From: Sphagnum compactum
Taxonomy: Eukaryota
Direction: 5' to 3'
NCBI GenBank assembly: GCA_965153455.1
Contig: OZ234493.1
Span: 12,328,213 to 12,392,212 of the forward strand
Length of the DNA stretch: 64,000 nucleotides
Numbering within the stretch: position 1 is the stretch's first letter; every line of letters begins with the position of its first letter. This document shows positions 13,700 to 26,290 of the stretch, one piece after another. A program made the position numbers and the translations under genes. The notes beneath the pieces are model-generated. The model was not told where the DNA came from and ran no database searches. It saw only the letters and a list, made by a program, of their open reading frames with translations.

Positions 13700-14122
13700 G
13701 GGTTTCAACTAGTCTTTTTTTTTATTTGATGAAACCTCTGGTTAATAGAATATTCCATAGAGCACAGGCTGCCTCCAGAGAGTGCAGGCTCCCTCCATCT
13801 CCAGAAGTGCTGTTCCTGCAGGGGAGGGTTCTTCTAAGCTTGGAGTTATTTTGGGTTTATCTCGCCTCTCTTTAGTTGATATGCTTCATGCGTCTGGTGG
13901 AGGGTTCGGTTCTTAGTGGTTCCCTTTCCTCCTTGTGGCCCGCCTCTTTTGGGCTGTTTGCTTGCCTGGACTTGGGTCCTTGCCCCTTGTTTCTTTTTCT
14001 CCCCCTTTCTTGGGTGCTTTCTTTCTATAAAGTTTGGCAGGGTTTCATCACATCTGGATTCTGGTTATGTTAAAAGTCTAGTTGTTCATATCACCAAACC
14101 CTTGCTGATTCTTCAAAAGAAA
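13700..14122 (+). mobile_element. Possible 3' end of a non-LTR retroelement (LINE/SINE-like)
   Basis: Pyrimidine-rich UTR-like tract ending CCCTTGCTGATTCTTCAAAAGAAA (short A-rich tail); no RT coding sequence recognised. Confidence 0.3.
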
Positions 14123-14410
14123 GTTCAGATCAGGTTTGATCTGGAATCCAGACCAGATTCCACATATTACACACATCCCCAGAATTAAAGATAATGTAAG
14201 TACCAATGTTGTACAATCGATTAAGAGTAACACTGCGTATCGAATAACTTGTGGAGACCTTTTCAAAAGAAAACTTGCTTGCCTTGAAAATTGTAAAACT
14301 GTAGCACCTCTGTATTTGCTTACACAGAAAACCTGAATTGCATTTGCAACTAGAGTGGGTTCAGGTTCCAATGAGAATCTTACTCCATGGTCTGATTCTC
14401 GTTCTAGCGA

Positions 14411-14945
14411 GATAACGTCTCTTTCCATTAGGCTGATGTGATCACAATTACACACAAGTATGCTGTGATCACAGCAGCAGCATAATGAAAAGCCACTGAA
14501 ATGTAGCCCTGTTTCTTGCATGGACATGTTCCTTTCATTGCAGAGCTGTAATTGGGCTGGAAATCTGTACGTAATTAATGTTTGGAACATTGGGAACACC
14601 TCATAAGTAATTAAGTTTGTCAGGAACCGATGGGAACATATGATCCGAAAACAAAGAATGACAAGTGTCAACCTGTGACGATTCATAGGTTGACTCACAA
14701 GTCACAAAAACTGTGCATTCACATATGCAGTTATGACACGGACTCAGTCCGAACAGAACTAGATGAAATAAATGTAATGGAAAGCTGATGTTGAGGGAGA
14801 ATTTGTGAGCAAAACTAGATGAAATAAATGTAATGGAAAGGTGATGTTGAGGGAGAATTTGTGAGCAAAACTAGATGAAATAAATGTAATGGAAAGGTGA
14901 TGTTGAGGGAGAATTTGTGATCACAACAGCCTAATGGAAAGAAAT
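14411..14945 (+). repeat. Dispersed repeat collinear with intron 2 of the dioxygenase; contains 3 x 56-bp tandem units
   Basis: 14417 GTCTCTTTCCATTAGGCTGATGTGATCACAATTACAC matches 25022 GTCTCGTTCCATTAGGCTTCTGTGATCACAGTTACAC. ~14909 GAGAATTTGTGATCACAACAGCCTAATGGAAAG matches 25881 GAGAATCTGTGATCGCAGCAGCCTAATGAAAAG. The 56-bp units have AGATGAAAT at 14761, 14817, 14873. Confidence 0.8.
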
Positions 14946-15959
14946 TCTAAGCTGGTGGCATATCGAATTTTCAGTGTTGAACAATTTTGAATTGAGTAAC
15001 CCGGAACTAGTCCAAGAATCATCCCAAAACCCAAAATTGACCGGCATTACTCTTCACATGACTTTGTTGATTTTGTTTTTTGGTTGGTTTGTACTGATTT
15101 AGATCAAGTAAGGACTAGGTAAACAATATGCGGTGTTTGAAAAGAAAAATGTCATAATGCTTTCAAAATTGAAAACAATTACCAATCAAGAAGTGAATAT
15201 AGCAGAGTTTCAGAACTTTCTTAACTAACTTTCTAGTGCCACTTTGTATTCCATGTAGGAATCGGTGTTAGTTTTATAGTTAGGTGCAGACTTTTTAAAA
15301 TTTTAATTTTCCATTCTCCAATTTAAAATCACAAGTGAATATCCCAAGAAGGTTTTAGGATTAAATTGCAACAGGTTTCTGAGTGAAAATTTGGCAAAAC
15401 AACTTGCCATCAAACTAAAATCCTAGTTGAAATGTGGCAAAACAATTTTTATTTTTTTCTAAAACAAGAGAGAATACATGATAAAATATTCCATTTCAAA
15501 TTTTCCTTTTAAGTCACAATGCAAAATTCTGCACAAAAAAAGGGGTGGTTAGGTGTGAATGCTTGGCAATTGACAAAAACCTATTAAAAATTTAGCATTG
15601 AGTTGTTTCTAGGTGTGGTTAGAGCTTTACAACTCAAATTGGCTAACATAATTGGGAAGTAGATCATGGAACGTGTTGCAGTTAATTTTTTAGTTCAATT
15701 TTATTGATTAATAAAATTATCCTTATAATCATGTTTGTGTAGGTGTTTGTTTAGGTTAATCAAGGCAACTTAATTTAAGCTAGGAACTTAATTAATGTAG
15801 TTTATTAACTTAAGGTGCAAATATGAAAGTTTAAACCCTTTAGCTCTCTTCATATTTATGCTTAAGGAACAAGTTCTTAACCACTGATTCATTATTTAAA
15901 TAAATGGTATATTTTTTCATCACATATTATTAAATATTTTTAAAATTTATTTAGGTATT

Positions 15960-16660
15960 TTTCGTAAATTATTCTTAAACTAGTGTAAACTACCTTAAAT
16001 TATGTGTAAGCTACCATGGGCCAAGTTTGTAAGCTAGTCGTAAACTATTTTAAGCTAATGTATGTTATCTTATGTTATATTTAGTATACCATAGATTATT
16101 CCTAACTTACAATACGTAGGCTATTTTAGGCTATTACACCTTAGACTATTTAAAATTATTCCACCTTAAGTTATACCCTAAGCTGTTGTAAGTTACACCA
16201 AGCTATTCTAGGTTATTTAATTTTAAATTATTTTAGGTTATACCTTAAGTTATTATAAACTATCACATAGGTTATTATAATGTATGTTATTGTACCTTCA
16301 ATTATACCTTAGACTATATCTTACATTATTTTACCCTAGGTTATTTTAGGTTATATTTTAGGTTATTTTAATTTATTATAAGTTATACCTTAGGCTACTT
16401 AATCTATTATAAGTTATGAAACAATTAAAGTTACATTACCATAAGTTATTCAAAGTTAATCAAGGTCATTCTAATCTATATTATTATAAGTTATTATACG
16501 TTAAGGTATAATATCTTAAAATATTTAAAATTAACCTAGGGTGGAATAACTTATAAGAACCTAGAATAACCTAAAATAATCAAGAATAGTTTAAGATGGA
16601 ATAGCTTAAAATAATGTAGGGTATAGTTTAAGGTATTTAAAACAATAACATTTTAAAATT
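15960..16660. repeat. AT-rich low-complexity repeat (TTATTTTAGGTTATACCTTAAG-like) that switches strand near 16510
   Basis: Many TAGGTTAT/ACCTTAAG words, then reverse-complement forms (ATAACCTAAAATAA) after ~16510. Confidence 0.55.
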
Positions 16661-18506
16661 TTATTTATTGGAATGAATTACCTTAATTAGTAATTAATTA
16701 TGTCAACTAAAAGTGAAAACTGATGATTACATAGTAATTTTAACCAAGGTGAAATGATTAAGGTGGGGTGAACCTATTTCAGTTCTAAGGTCCCATAGTG
16801 ATTTAAATTAATGAATTGCACCTCATTTTTGTATTAGTTAATCACCATTTGTCAAAAAACTTTTGCACCTTTCGGAGAATTATGTTCAATAAAAATTTCA
16901 TGCAAGGTTATGTCTTTAAATTCAAGTTCACATCCCCACATTTGTGTAAAAAAACTTTAAAAGTTTTTCCTAGGGTCAAGTTTTACACTTGAACCCCCAA
17001 AGTTCTATGAAGCTTCACAAAATCAGCATTCACAAACATAAAGCTTCACCATCATGCACACAAGGGGTGGAATATGGAACATACACAAGGTGGAACTCAT
17101 TTGACATTGGTTTGGGTGAACAAACATATTTCACCTTACCTTTCTTTCCTTTGTAAATTCATGGTTAACATAGATTTTTGCATTCATGATTTGTTTCACA
17201 TGAATGCCATTTGGCACCAAGTTATGCTTCAAATAACGTTAATGTTTCAAAATTGAAAAGTTGCAATGCAAATGACTAAAAAGGAAAAGGTTAATTTTTT
17301 CCACTCAATCAATGCTTGTAAAATTGCTATGAATGGGACACATAATTAAATCTTAATCCTTTTTTCTATATATAATAAACCCTTTGATGAAACATCCAAT
17401 CGGGAAAAAAGAATTTTAAGCATAATTAATGTGATTAAACAATGCATTTTCCCCACAATATAAGTAATATCTCCTTTTGAAGGTTGATTTTATCTAGCTA
17501 TAGCCTTGGGTTTTCACATATCACATTTCATTTGCAAGTAAATTGTTTAATCAAATCACTCGTTTAAAGTGTCTAAGATTTTATATTTTTATATTTTGAA
17601 TAATAACAAATTTGGCTAAATCGTCACTAAGTTTTTTTTTTCTTTGAAAAATTGTAAAATTTTCCACCTTGAGTAAAAAAGGATTACACATTTTGTGAAT
17701 ATGCTCAAGTTGTGAAGGAAAATTATGCAACCATTTTTCTAGTAGTTGTGGTAAAAAGGATGTTCAACTTTATGAATATTATTGGTGACATATTAGGGGT
17801 CAAAATAGAAAGTTTTCATGAACATTATCTAGGGTTCCATTTAAAATTCATGATAAATAATTAGTCAATAATGAAATTTTCATTATAACTTACATGGCAC
17901 GTTGTTAAAAAACTTCAAATCTTCATCAAATCACATTATTGGGGGATTGAACCCCAATCATCAAATATTCTATGCATTGCAACATAATGTTTTTAAAAGG
18001 AAAAATATATTCACTAAATTGGAACTCAGAAAGTAATGGTCATTAGACTAGTGAGGATCATGAAAACAAAAAGCCAATAATTCCATGAAAATTTTGTTCA
18101 CTAATCACATATAACAACAAGTTAAAAAAACCAAAAAAACCACAAGAACTAAAAGACTTGTGAATGATTAATTGTGCACCTCATACTACAATTTTTAACC
18201 TTATAACTTGGAGGTTACAATTCATTCATAAGTTTTGATTCTCAACTCTTGACCCAAGTGATCAATCAATCTCAAACACTAAGTTTTCGTTGCCGCAACC
18301 TTTGGCCATTGGCAACTAATCATTGTAACGAAAAAAAGTTTGTCATACACTTCCTATATAGTTTACACAATAAATGGATGATATGAAATCACAACAATGT
18401 TATAAACTACATGTCCTATAACTGGTTTTCCAAACACCATGATCTATTCTATAGGTCATCAAGGAATAAATTGTTATTTCCCTCTCTTTGTGCCCATTGG
18501 TCAATT

Positions 18507-19417
18507 TGTCGTGACCCAAGGCTTACGACCAAAGCAAGGGCTTGCAAAGGTGCAGGTCAATATTGAAGCCCAATAGTCACATTTCATGCTCCCGGGAATG
18601 TAGGAGGGTGTGAGGGAATGAACCACACACTCCCAAGTGGACTCCCACTTTGGGAGTTGGAGTTCCAATGGACTTTTGAATCTTCAGAAAGCGATTGCAA
18701 CGGTCAAAACTCATTGTATTGAAGAGTTTTTTATACCATTGAAAATCTCTTAAAATTTAAATGTCTAAAATGGGTTCGCACGTCCCATTTGAGTACTTAA
18801 AACACAAGTTATGGCCGAAAGAAAAGTCGAAAGTCAAACTGCCAATTTGACTATCGCCCATTAAAAGTCGGGAATCACCCTGATTTACTTGCATGCAGGT
18901 GATGTGCCACATATTTTTGGAAAGCTCTTGACGAGGGATAAAACTTCGTTTTAAACCTCACCTCAATCGGAGGTCTGCACAAAGTTATGGGCCCCCAAAG
19001 TCGCAGAAGTCTCAATTTCGGGAATTTCAGGACTCCCAACTTGGGAGTCTTGGGACAAAAATGACATTTGGGTGGAGGCCCCCTGGCCAAGCATAAAGAA
19101 TACTATAAGGGGGAAGGTGGTGGCTTCCCCCAAGTCCGGGTCGTGGTGAGTCTTGTGAGTCTGTGTATGCTTGTGGTTATCTGTGCACCAAAAGTGTTCC
19201 AACCACGCACTAACCAACTTGTTGTTTGGTTTGTGTAGGTGTGTGTGAATAATTGACTTGACTGTCATTCGTCCTAATCCTCATCTCGGAGCTCTAGCAC
19301 GCCCCTCTACCCTTGAAGTGCTACGAGCTAGGGAGCGTACCCCAAGTCCTTTTTCTTCTGTTGTTTTCCATTTTTGGACTTGTGTTTGAATCTTTCAAGG
19401 AATGTGAAGGTGCGTCA
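18507..19417 (+). mobile_element. Solo LTR (911 bp) with 5-bp target-site duplication
   Basis: Begins TGTCGTGACC at 18507, ends GGTGCGTCA at 19417 (TG...CA). Flanked by CAATT at 18502-18506 and 19418-19422. GC-richer than flanks, with TATA-like TACTATAAGG near 19101. Strand is inferred from that motif. Confidence 0.85.
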
Positions 19418-20992
19418 CAATTGGTGATAGATAATGGCAAAGTTTTTCCCCAACCATAGAGCTTTCAAATCCCACGGACAACAAAACAAATATTCACAAC
19501 ACAGTCACAACCTAAGAAAATGCATTATTTATGAAGGTCAATGACAAAATAAGGTTCCAAAACCCAAAATCCCCAATCTTTATGGCCTCCGTTCCCACAA
19601 TTGTCCATAAACACATAATTTTTACAAATGTCGACTCAAGAATTTGAGAAAACCAAAAAACATTTGATCATCTACAGAAATGCCCATGATGCACCAAATC
19701 CCATAGAACAATTCCCAACTTTAGAAATCCCAAAACTGAGTGTATTTTTCCTTAAACAACATAACAAGACTCACTCCCACAATTCTCACAACACCTCAAA
19801 CATCACATAGCTTGCTTAGTCACTTGATCATTCCTAAAATCTCTAGAATTTTTCATCACTTCCTCAATTTTGACCTCTACAAGTTGCATCTAGAATCCAA
19901 ACTGTTTTTTTAAGCCAAATGTGCAATGGAAATAGATTGCCTTAGAAGAAGTGAAACTTTTTTATAAACGAACATTCTTCCCATTTAATCACTTTTGCAA
20001 CTCTAATCTCCCCAAAAACAACAAACAAGCAAAACATAATTAAAAAAAACTTGTCAACTGGAAGAACACTTAACTCTTAACTATTGAAATTCAATTCTTA
20101 TCTCCCAAGCCAACTCATCATCTTCAATTGACATCCATCAATGCCTTCATGCAAAAACAACACCACCATAGAAGGTCCAACCAAGAAACATCGAAACACA
20201 CAATGAACATCATCAACTAATTAAGACTTGTCGTGCTCATGACCTGCAAGAAAACAAACATAGAGCAAAAACAATAATAGCAAACCATATGGACACCTCC
20301 CATCTTCATCAATTGCCGAAAGCCTTGTCATATTGTGCTTTTGGCGGTTGATTGTAGTATTCCATTCAAATAGGGTTTCATCCTTCATCTTTTCATCACA
20401 CCATCTTCTTGTACAATTTTACATCCTTCAAAAATGGTAACCCATTAGGTCTAACCCTTAATGACTTCTAATCCTAAGATGATAAACTTTAGATGATTGT
20501 TATTGCTCCAAAATGTCAAAGCAATAGAATAGCTAACAACATTGTGCTTTCAACAATGTAATCATAATTTTCATCACCATTTTGCAAGGTGACATTTTGA
20601 ATTGCTTTCTTTTAGTGAGACTTTTTAGTGAGACTTGTCTATATTTGAGTGCTTAGGCTAGTGATGTCACTCTTTAAAAAATCTCCAAAGGGCGAAAGCA
20701 TCCTTTTTAATAAAATTTTCCCCTTTTTTTTTCATGGTCATATTTTGGCAAATTTTCACTAAAAAAAACATTGATCACCACTTGAGTAACATCACAAAAT
20801 TGAAAAATGAAAAAGAAACACATAGCCTCAAGCCTTCTTTTGAAAATTCTTACTCACTTTATAATTATTGTGGCAAGCTCATGCAAACATTGTGATCTTG
20901 TAGGTTGGAGGGTTTTGGAAGAAGATGTTTGTGTGGATTGATAGGTGCTGATGTGTGTACAGTCCGGCTGATCTCACCAAACCCTACAATCA

Positions 20993-21244
20993 CATGCCAT
21001 GAAGTGAAAGAAAGTGTTGGGATGGGTGAAGTTATTAGAAGGATAACAAGTTTGCAACCACTTTGAACCAACCTTCCCAAAGGATGTGACATCTATGGCA
21101 TTCGAAAGAGGACGACCATGCCATGAAGTGAAAGAAAGTCGTTGGGATGGGTGAACTTATTAGAAGGATAACAAGTTTGCAACCACTTTGAACCAACCTT
21201 CCCAAAGGATGTGACATCTATGGCATTCGAAAGAGGACGACCAT
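20993..21244. repeat. Near-perfect 124-bp direct tandem duplication
   Basis: CATGCCATGAAGTGAAAGAAAG...GAAAGAGGACGACCAT starts at 20993 and again at 21117. Confidence 0.9.
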
Positions 21245-21704
21245 CACGCCAACTCTATCATTAGTGCCTCATGTATAGCACTACCAACCCACCCACATAA
21301 CCATCTTGTTGGTGGGTGGGTATAGGTGCTTAGTGAAAGTAGAGGTGACCAAAAGAAAATGAGGTTGATTTGGAATTACAAAGTGTAAAATTGAAAGAAG
21401 TTGGAGTCAATTGGAACACTATCGAAAGAAAGGGGTAATCAAATGGCCTCAAACAACGAGATGTTGATATAACTAATGACTTATGATTTATGGCCACCTG
21501 AAATCGATACACACAAATGATTTGAAACAAATCATGTTGTTAATTCAATGATATTAGTGTTTCAGAAAACAAATAGGCATAGAGGATCAGCCTCTTTTTT
21601 TGTTGGGAAATTTTCGGAAATTTTCTGTCACAAATTCACTGATTTTCTCAAAATAATTGCCAAATCTTGAAAAATCTAAGTTCTTTGTATTCTTAGAGGG
21701 TGGG

Positions 21705-21975
21705 GCCCCAGGCTAGGTAATAACAAAGAATAATAATAGGTCTATTTTTTATCTGAGGATTTTTGAAACATGACATTTTGGCTTGTGTTGAAACTTGAGA
21801 TTATTAGTTATAGAATTATAATATATCTTGAAGGATTTTGGTTTGTTTTAGAGGATTTTTTGAAGATTAATATATTTTTGCATGGTTAAATATTTGAGTT
21901 TCCATAATTCTTCTTTTGCCTTGAGATACTTTTTAATGTAAATGGCAAGGCCACACAGTGTTACACACCCCTTAT
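21705..21975 (-). mobile_element. Non-autonomous dispersed repeat, family X, copy A (3'-truncated)
   Basis: Reverse complement of the core AAGGGGTGTG...CACTGTGGCCTTGCCATTTACATTAAAAAGTAT...AAATCCTTCAAGATAT...AATAGACCTATT, also at 22766, 27765 and 44823. Confidence 0.8.
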
Positions 21976-22239
21976 TATTCCTAAGGATAAGATATCTCAA
22001 AACATTTACCCTCTTCTTTACTAACCCTAGCAACACCCTACACCTCATAAAATAACTCAAAAATGACTTGATACTCATTTCTTTGTGTGAATACGAGATA
22101 AAGTTAAGGATAGTTTATCCTTTTTGTAGATCCCCTTTCACACCTCAATGTAAATCCAGCTTTTGAGAGATAAGAAGATATTTTTGTCTCTCGGTTAGGG
22201 CCCCCCCCCCCCAAAAAAGAAAAAAAAAAAAAAAAAAAA
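21976..22239 (+). mobile_element. Possible poly(A)-tailed retroelement 3' fragment
   Basis: Ends TCTCTCGGTTAGGG-C12 followed by a ~27-nt A tract (22213-22239). Confidence 0.35.
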
Positions 22240-22765
22240 GGCAAGTTGAAGACCTTTTTACACATGTGCTAACCAAGTCTCAGACAAAAAAGTATGTCAA
22301 TGGAAGGATCTGGAGGGGTAGACATTTCCTTTCCAAAATAGGCATGTGGTCGGCCAGGAAGTTGGGTACTAATGGGACTCGGTACCATTGTCTTGGCCAT
22401 TGAAGTGTGAACCAAGCTCCGAGTGTAATAATGCCTTGCTACCACGACATTATCTTAGACAAAAAAAGTCCTTGGCCCTAGTACCTAGGGAGGATTAACA
22501 CATGTCTAATGAATAATTAATTAATTAATTTTGAGATTTTTTATTTTGACAAAGAGAATATTCTTGAAGATCCAATATTTTCCTTCGCAAATTTTGTTAT
22601 TGGAAAAAAAAAAAAAAAATTCAAATTTTCAACATCTTTGAAAATAATATAATTAGTGTCAAAGCTGCCAAGGTAGTAGGGATATAAGGGGGGAGGCACT
22701 CCATCTTTTGATAGAATCTTCTATTTTGGGGAGCCTCCAAGTTGCGCAATTTCACCACACTAAAA

Positions 22766-23110
22766 GAAAACAAGGGGTGTGTCAATTACACTGTGGCCTT
22801 GCCATTTACATTAAAAAGTATCTTAAGGCAAAAGAAGAAGAATTATGGAAACTCAAATATTTCACCATGCAAAAAATATATTAATTTTCAAAAAAAAATC
22901 CTCTAAACGAAACCCAAATCCTTCAAGATATTAGAACTCTATAACTAATAATCTCAAGTTTCAACACAAGTCAAAATATCATCATGTTTCAAAAATCCTC
23001 ATATAATAAAAATAGACCTATTATTTATTACCTAGGGGCCAAAATCCATTAAGCTACTATACTCTATAATGAATCTAAACACAATATTCGTGCCTTGGTA
23101 GTAGGCGAGG
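22766..23110 (+). mobile_element. Family X copy B, upstream of the dioxygenase
   Basis: Same core as copies A, C and D; ends GCCTTGGTAGTAGGCGAGGCC. Confidence 0.8.
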
Positions 23111-24030
23111 CCAAAAATCACTGGCTGTGAGGCCTCCTGAAAGTAACCGGTTTAGGTGTGAAAGTAACTCTTCTTCATTTTAAAAAGTTTGGCAGGTTTA
23201 CATCACAAATATCTCCTTTGCTGCCCAGCCCCCTGCCCTTTCTGGGCTGTTTCGCCTCTCAAACTGCCTGCCCGACAACAAGTTTTGGACAAGCCCCAAA
23301 ATTAGGAAACCGATTAGCAAGCGACAGCTTGCGAAGGCCGCCGACACGTGTCCGTCATTTTGGCAATCTCCGCCGGGCAGATATTCCGAAACGTCCGGTT
23401 TTTTTTTTCCCTTTCCTCCTTTTCTTTTGCGCTTGTCTGTGTGCGCGCGTGGTGCACTGTGTGTTGCGTTGCTTCTTTGGTTGGGTGCTTTCCTTTGAAG
23501 ATCCGCTCAAATCGTCTGACGTCGGACTTCCCTACGGCTGTCTTTCTTTCTTTCGCTACTTCGAATTGGATTTTTCTCCTTTTTTCTTTTTTTTTTGTTT
23601 TTTCTGGGAAGATTTTTTGCAAAACTGTTGATGATCGACTTGCGGGGCTACAATTCATGTTGCTATTATTGTGAATAAATTGTGCAGCGAGAGAACAGCA
23701 TCATCATCATTGCAAGTAATTTTTTTCTCGTGGCATTGATTCACCACCTTTGCAGGTTTGTGAGGAGAGTTTGCGGTTGAATCGTAGAATTTGGGACTTC
23801 TTTTTTGGTTTTGTGATCATCGTGTGTGTAGAAATATTGCGACGAGAAGGTTGCTGTTGGAATCGATTTGTTTCCTATTTTAGTTTTGTGAAGGAAAGAG
23901 AAATTTTGTGAGAGAGTTGCTGCATGTGTGCGGGTTGAGGAGTATTCTGCGAGATAGATACGTACTATTGATACAATATTATTAGCTCCCCCGTTTTTTG
24001 GAATAAAGATTTGTTTACCGATCTTCGGTT

Positions 24031-26290
24031 ATGGAACCGAAGTTGGGCTTGAACGTGCACGGGATCGCGGGTTTCAGTCCCGGGGACGATGTTATCCCGG
24101 CTGCATATCGCTGGCCTGTCGAACTCTCTCCCAAAGTGGACTACGATGACTACGAGACCTCCGTGCCGGTGGTAGACATGGCGGAACTGTATCCAAACGA
24201 AGCCCGTCGTGGCCTCGACGACGTCGCGGAGGTGGCCAAGAAGCGTATCATGGCGGAGATGCTGAAGGCGGCGGAAACTTGGGGCGTGTTCCAGATCGTG
24301 AACCATGGCGTGGCGGCGGAGTTGATGGAGCGATTGCAGGCGCAGGCGCAGAAGTTCTTCAGTTTGCCGATGGAGCTTAAGAATGAGATCTCCGTCAACA
24401 AGGTTTCCACTGGTTCTGTTCTGCTCGGCTACGGCTTCAAGGTTCGAGGTGGTTCCTTGACGCATTGTACGTGGTCGGAAGGCCTTTACCTCGCCGCCAG
24501 CGACGTCTCCTTCTTGAAAGATTCCGCCAACAAGCTTTATTCAAAGGATTGCGACAAGGAAGCCTTCGTGTATGTGATTTTTTTTCCTCGCCTGCTGATT
24601 ACCAATGTCCTTGATATTATAATAGTGCGTGACTTCCTCAAATGTTCTCGTAGATGATCAGAATTTTTTGTTGGCTTTGTTTTTCTGCAGCTCTACAGTG
24701 CTGGAATATGAAGCAGCTGTGAACCAATGTTCGCTGCAAGTGCTGCATTTACTTGCGGAAGGACTGAGAATAGACCCGGCGCATTTCGACCGGTATCTGA
24801 ATAAGGATGTCACGATCCAACGTTGGAATTATTATCCTCCATGCCCCGAACCGGACAGGACTCTGGGCCTTCTAGAGCACACGGATGCCGGCCTCCTCGC
24901 AGCGGTGCACCTGGGCGACGTTGGCGGATTGCAAGTGCAAAGAGACGGGAAATGGTTCGCCGTCCGACCTGAGAAGAACGGTTTCGCTATTATCGTCGGC
25001 GACATGCTGGAGGTAATTAGGGTCTCGTTCCATTAGGCTTCTGTGATCACAGTTACACGCAGTGTGCTGTGATGATCACAGCAGCCTGGCCTACTTGGAA
25101 ATCATTGTCATTTAAGCCCTTTTTTCTTGCGACAGTGACAGTAGCTTTCCATTCGAGAGCTGGAAGCGTTTTAAAAATTTGTAACTAATCATATTAGGAA
25201 CTTTGGCAACACATGTTCTCATGAAAAAAGGACTGATCACAGCAACCTGGCCTAATCGGAAGTCATTGTCATTTAAGGCCTAGTGTCTTGCTACAGTGAC
25301 AGTGGCTTTCCATTGGAGAGCTACAAGCGTGTTTAAAAAAAAAGTGTAACTAATCATGTTAGGAACTCTTGGCAACACATGTTCTCATGAAAAAAGGATT
25401 GATCATGACAGCCTAGCCTAATGGAAAGCCAGTGTCATAAGACCTTGTTTCTTGCTGCAAGGAGAATCACTTTCCATTGGAGACCTGCAAGTGTGTTAAA
25501 TATTTGTAAAATTAAGCATGTTTGGAACTATGACAAGACATGTTGTCATGAAAAAAAGACTGATGTCACTGTCTGGTGTGATCACAGCAGCCTAGCCTAA
25601 TGGGAAGTCATTGTCATAAGACCTTGTTTCTTGCTGCAGGGACAGTAGTTTTGCATTGGAGAGCTGCAAGTGTGTTTAAAATAGGTTAAATTAATCATGT
25701 TAGGAACTTTGGCAACACATGTTCTAATGAAACAAAGGGCAGATGTCAATGTATGGTGAGTCACAGTTTGACTCAAAGCTCTCACAGCTCTTGTAATTGA
25801 TCAATCCTTGACCGGTAGAGCTGTGAGATGGCTGTGAGCACAGCAAGTTGAAAAAACATAATGAAAAGCTACTGCGATCAGAGAATCTGTGATCGCAGCA
25901 GCCTAATGAAAAGATGTCCTTAGTAGGAGCCACACTGCATGATATGAATATTCAGCTCCTCATGAAACTTTTAATTTTTTGGGCTAAGTTCCGTTTGTGT
26001 TTTGGCAGATGATGACCCGAGGCAGGTTCCACAGTGCGCCGCACAGGGCAGTTGTGAACAAATCCAAACCACGCTTGTCAATAGGCAACTTCTTGTTCCT
26101 GAATCAAACAATGGAAGTAGTGTCACCTGCTGACCTTCCTGTTCCAGCTGCAGAAGAAGAACCGGACACACGCCCCGAGTATAGGCCCTTCACGTTCGCT
26201 GAGTTCTTGGCGCACAAATTGTCCACTCAGCCTCTGCGCACCTCCGAGTTCTTCAAGGTCCAGCACAAATCTCTGGTACCCACGTCCTAA
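24031..26290 (+). CDS. 2-oxoglutarate/Fe(II)-dependent dioxygenase (plant DOXC class; DIOX_N + 2OG-FeII_Oxy), 3 exons
   Basis: Exons 24031-24569, 24691-25012, 26009-26290 with in-phase GT-AG introns (GT|GTATGT...CTGCAG|C; GAG|GTAATT...TGGCAG|ATG). Motifs VPVVDM, AAETWGVFQIVNHGV, NYYPPCP, HTD (HxD), GGLQV, HRAVVN and RLS (RxS). Substrate cannot be assigned from sequence alone. Confidence 0.95.
25070..25735. repeat. Intronic tandem repeat, 4 units of ~160-180 bp
   Basis: GATCACAGCAGCCT...GGAA(A)GTCATTGTCAT...TAGGAACTTTGGCAACACATGTTCT units start near 25074, 25234, 25401 and 25580. Confidence 0.85.

Noticed and set aside
14078..14698. 206-aa minus-strand ORF
   Set aside because: No recognisable domain, alternative start, and it overlaps the non-coding intron-homologous repeat.
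23965..24465. 166-aa minus-strand ORF
   Set aside because: Antisense shadow of the GC-rich dioxygenase exon 1.
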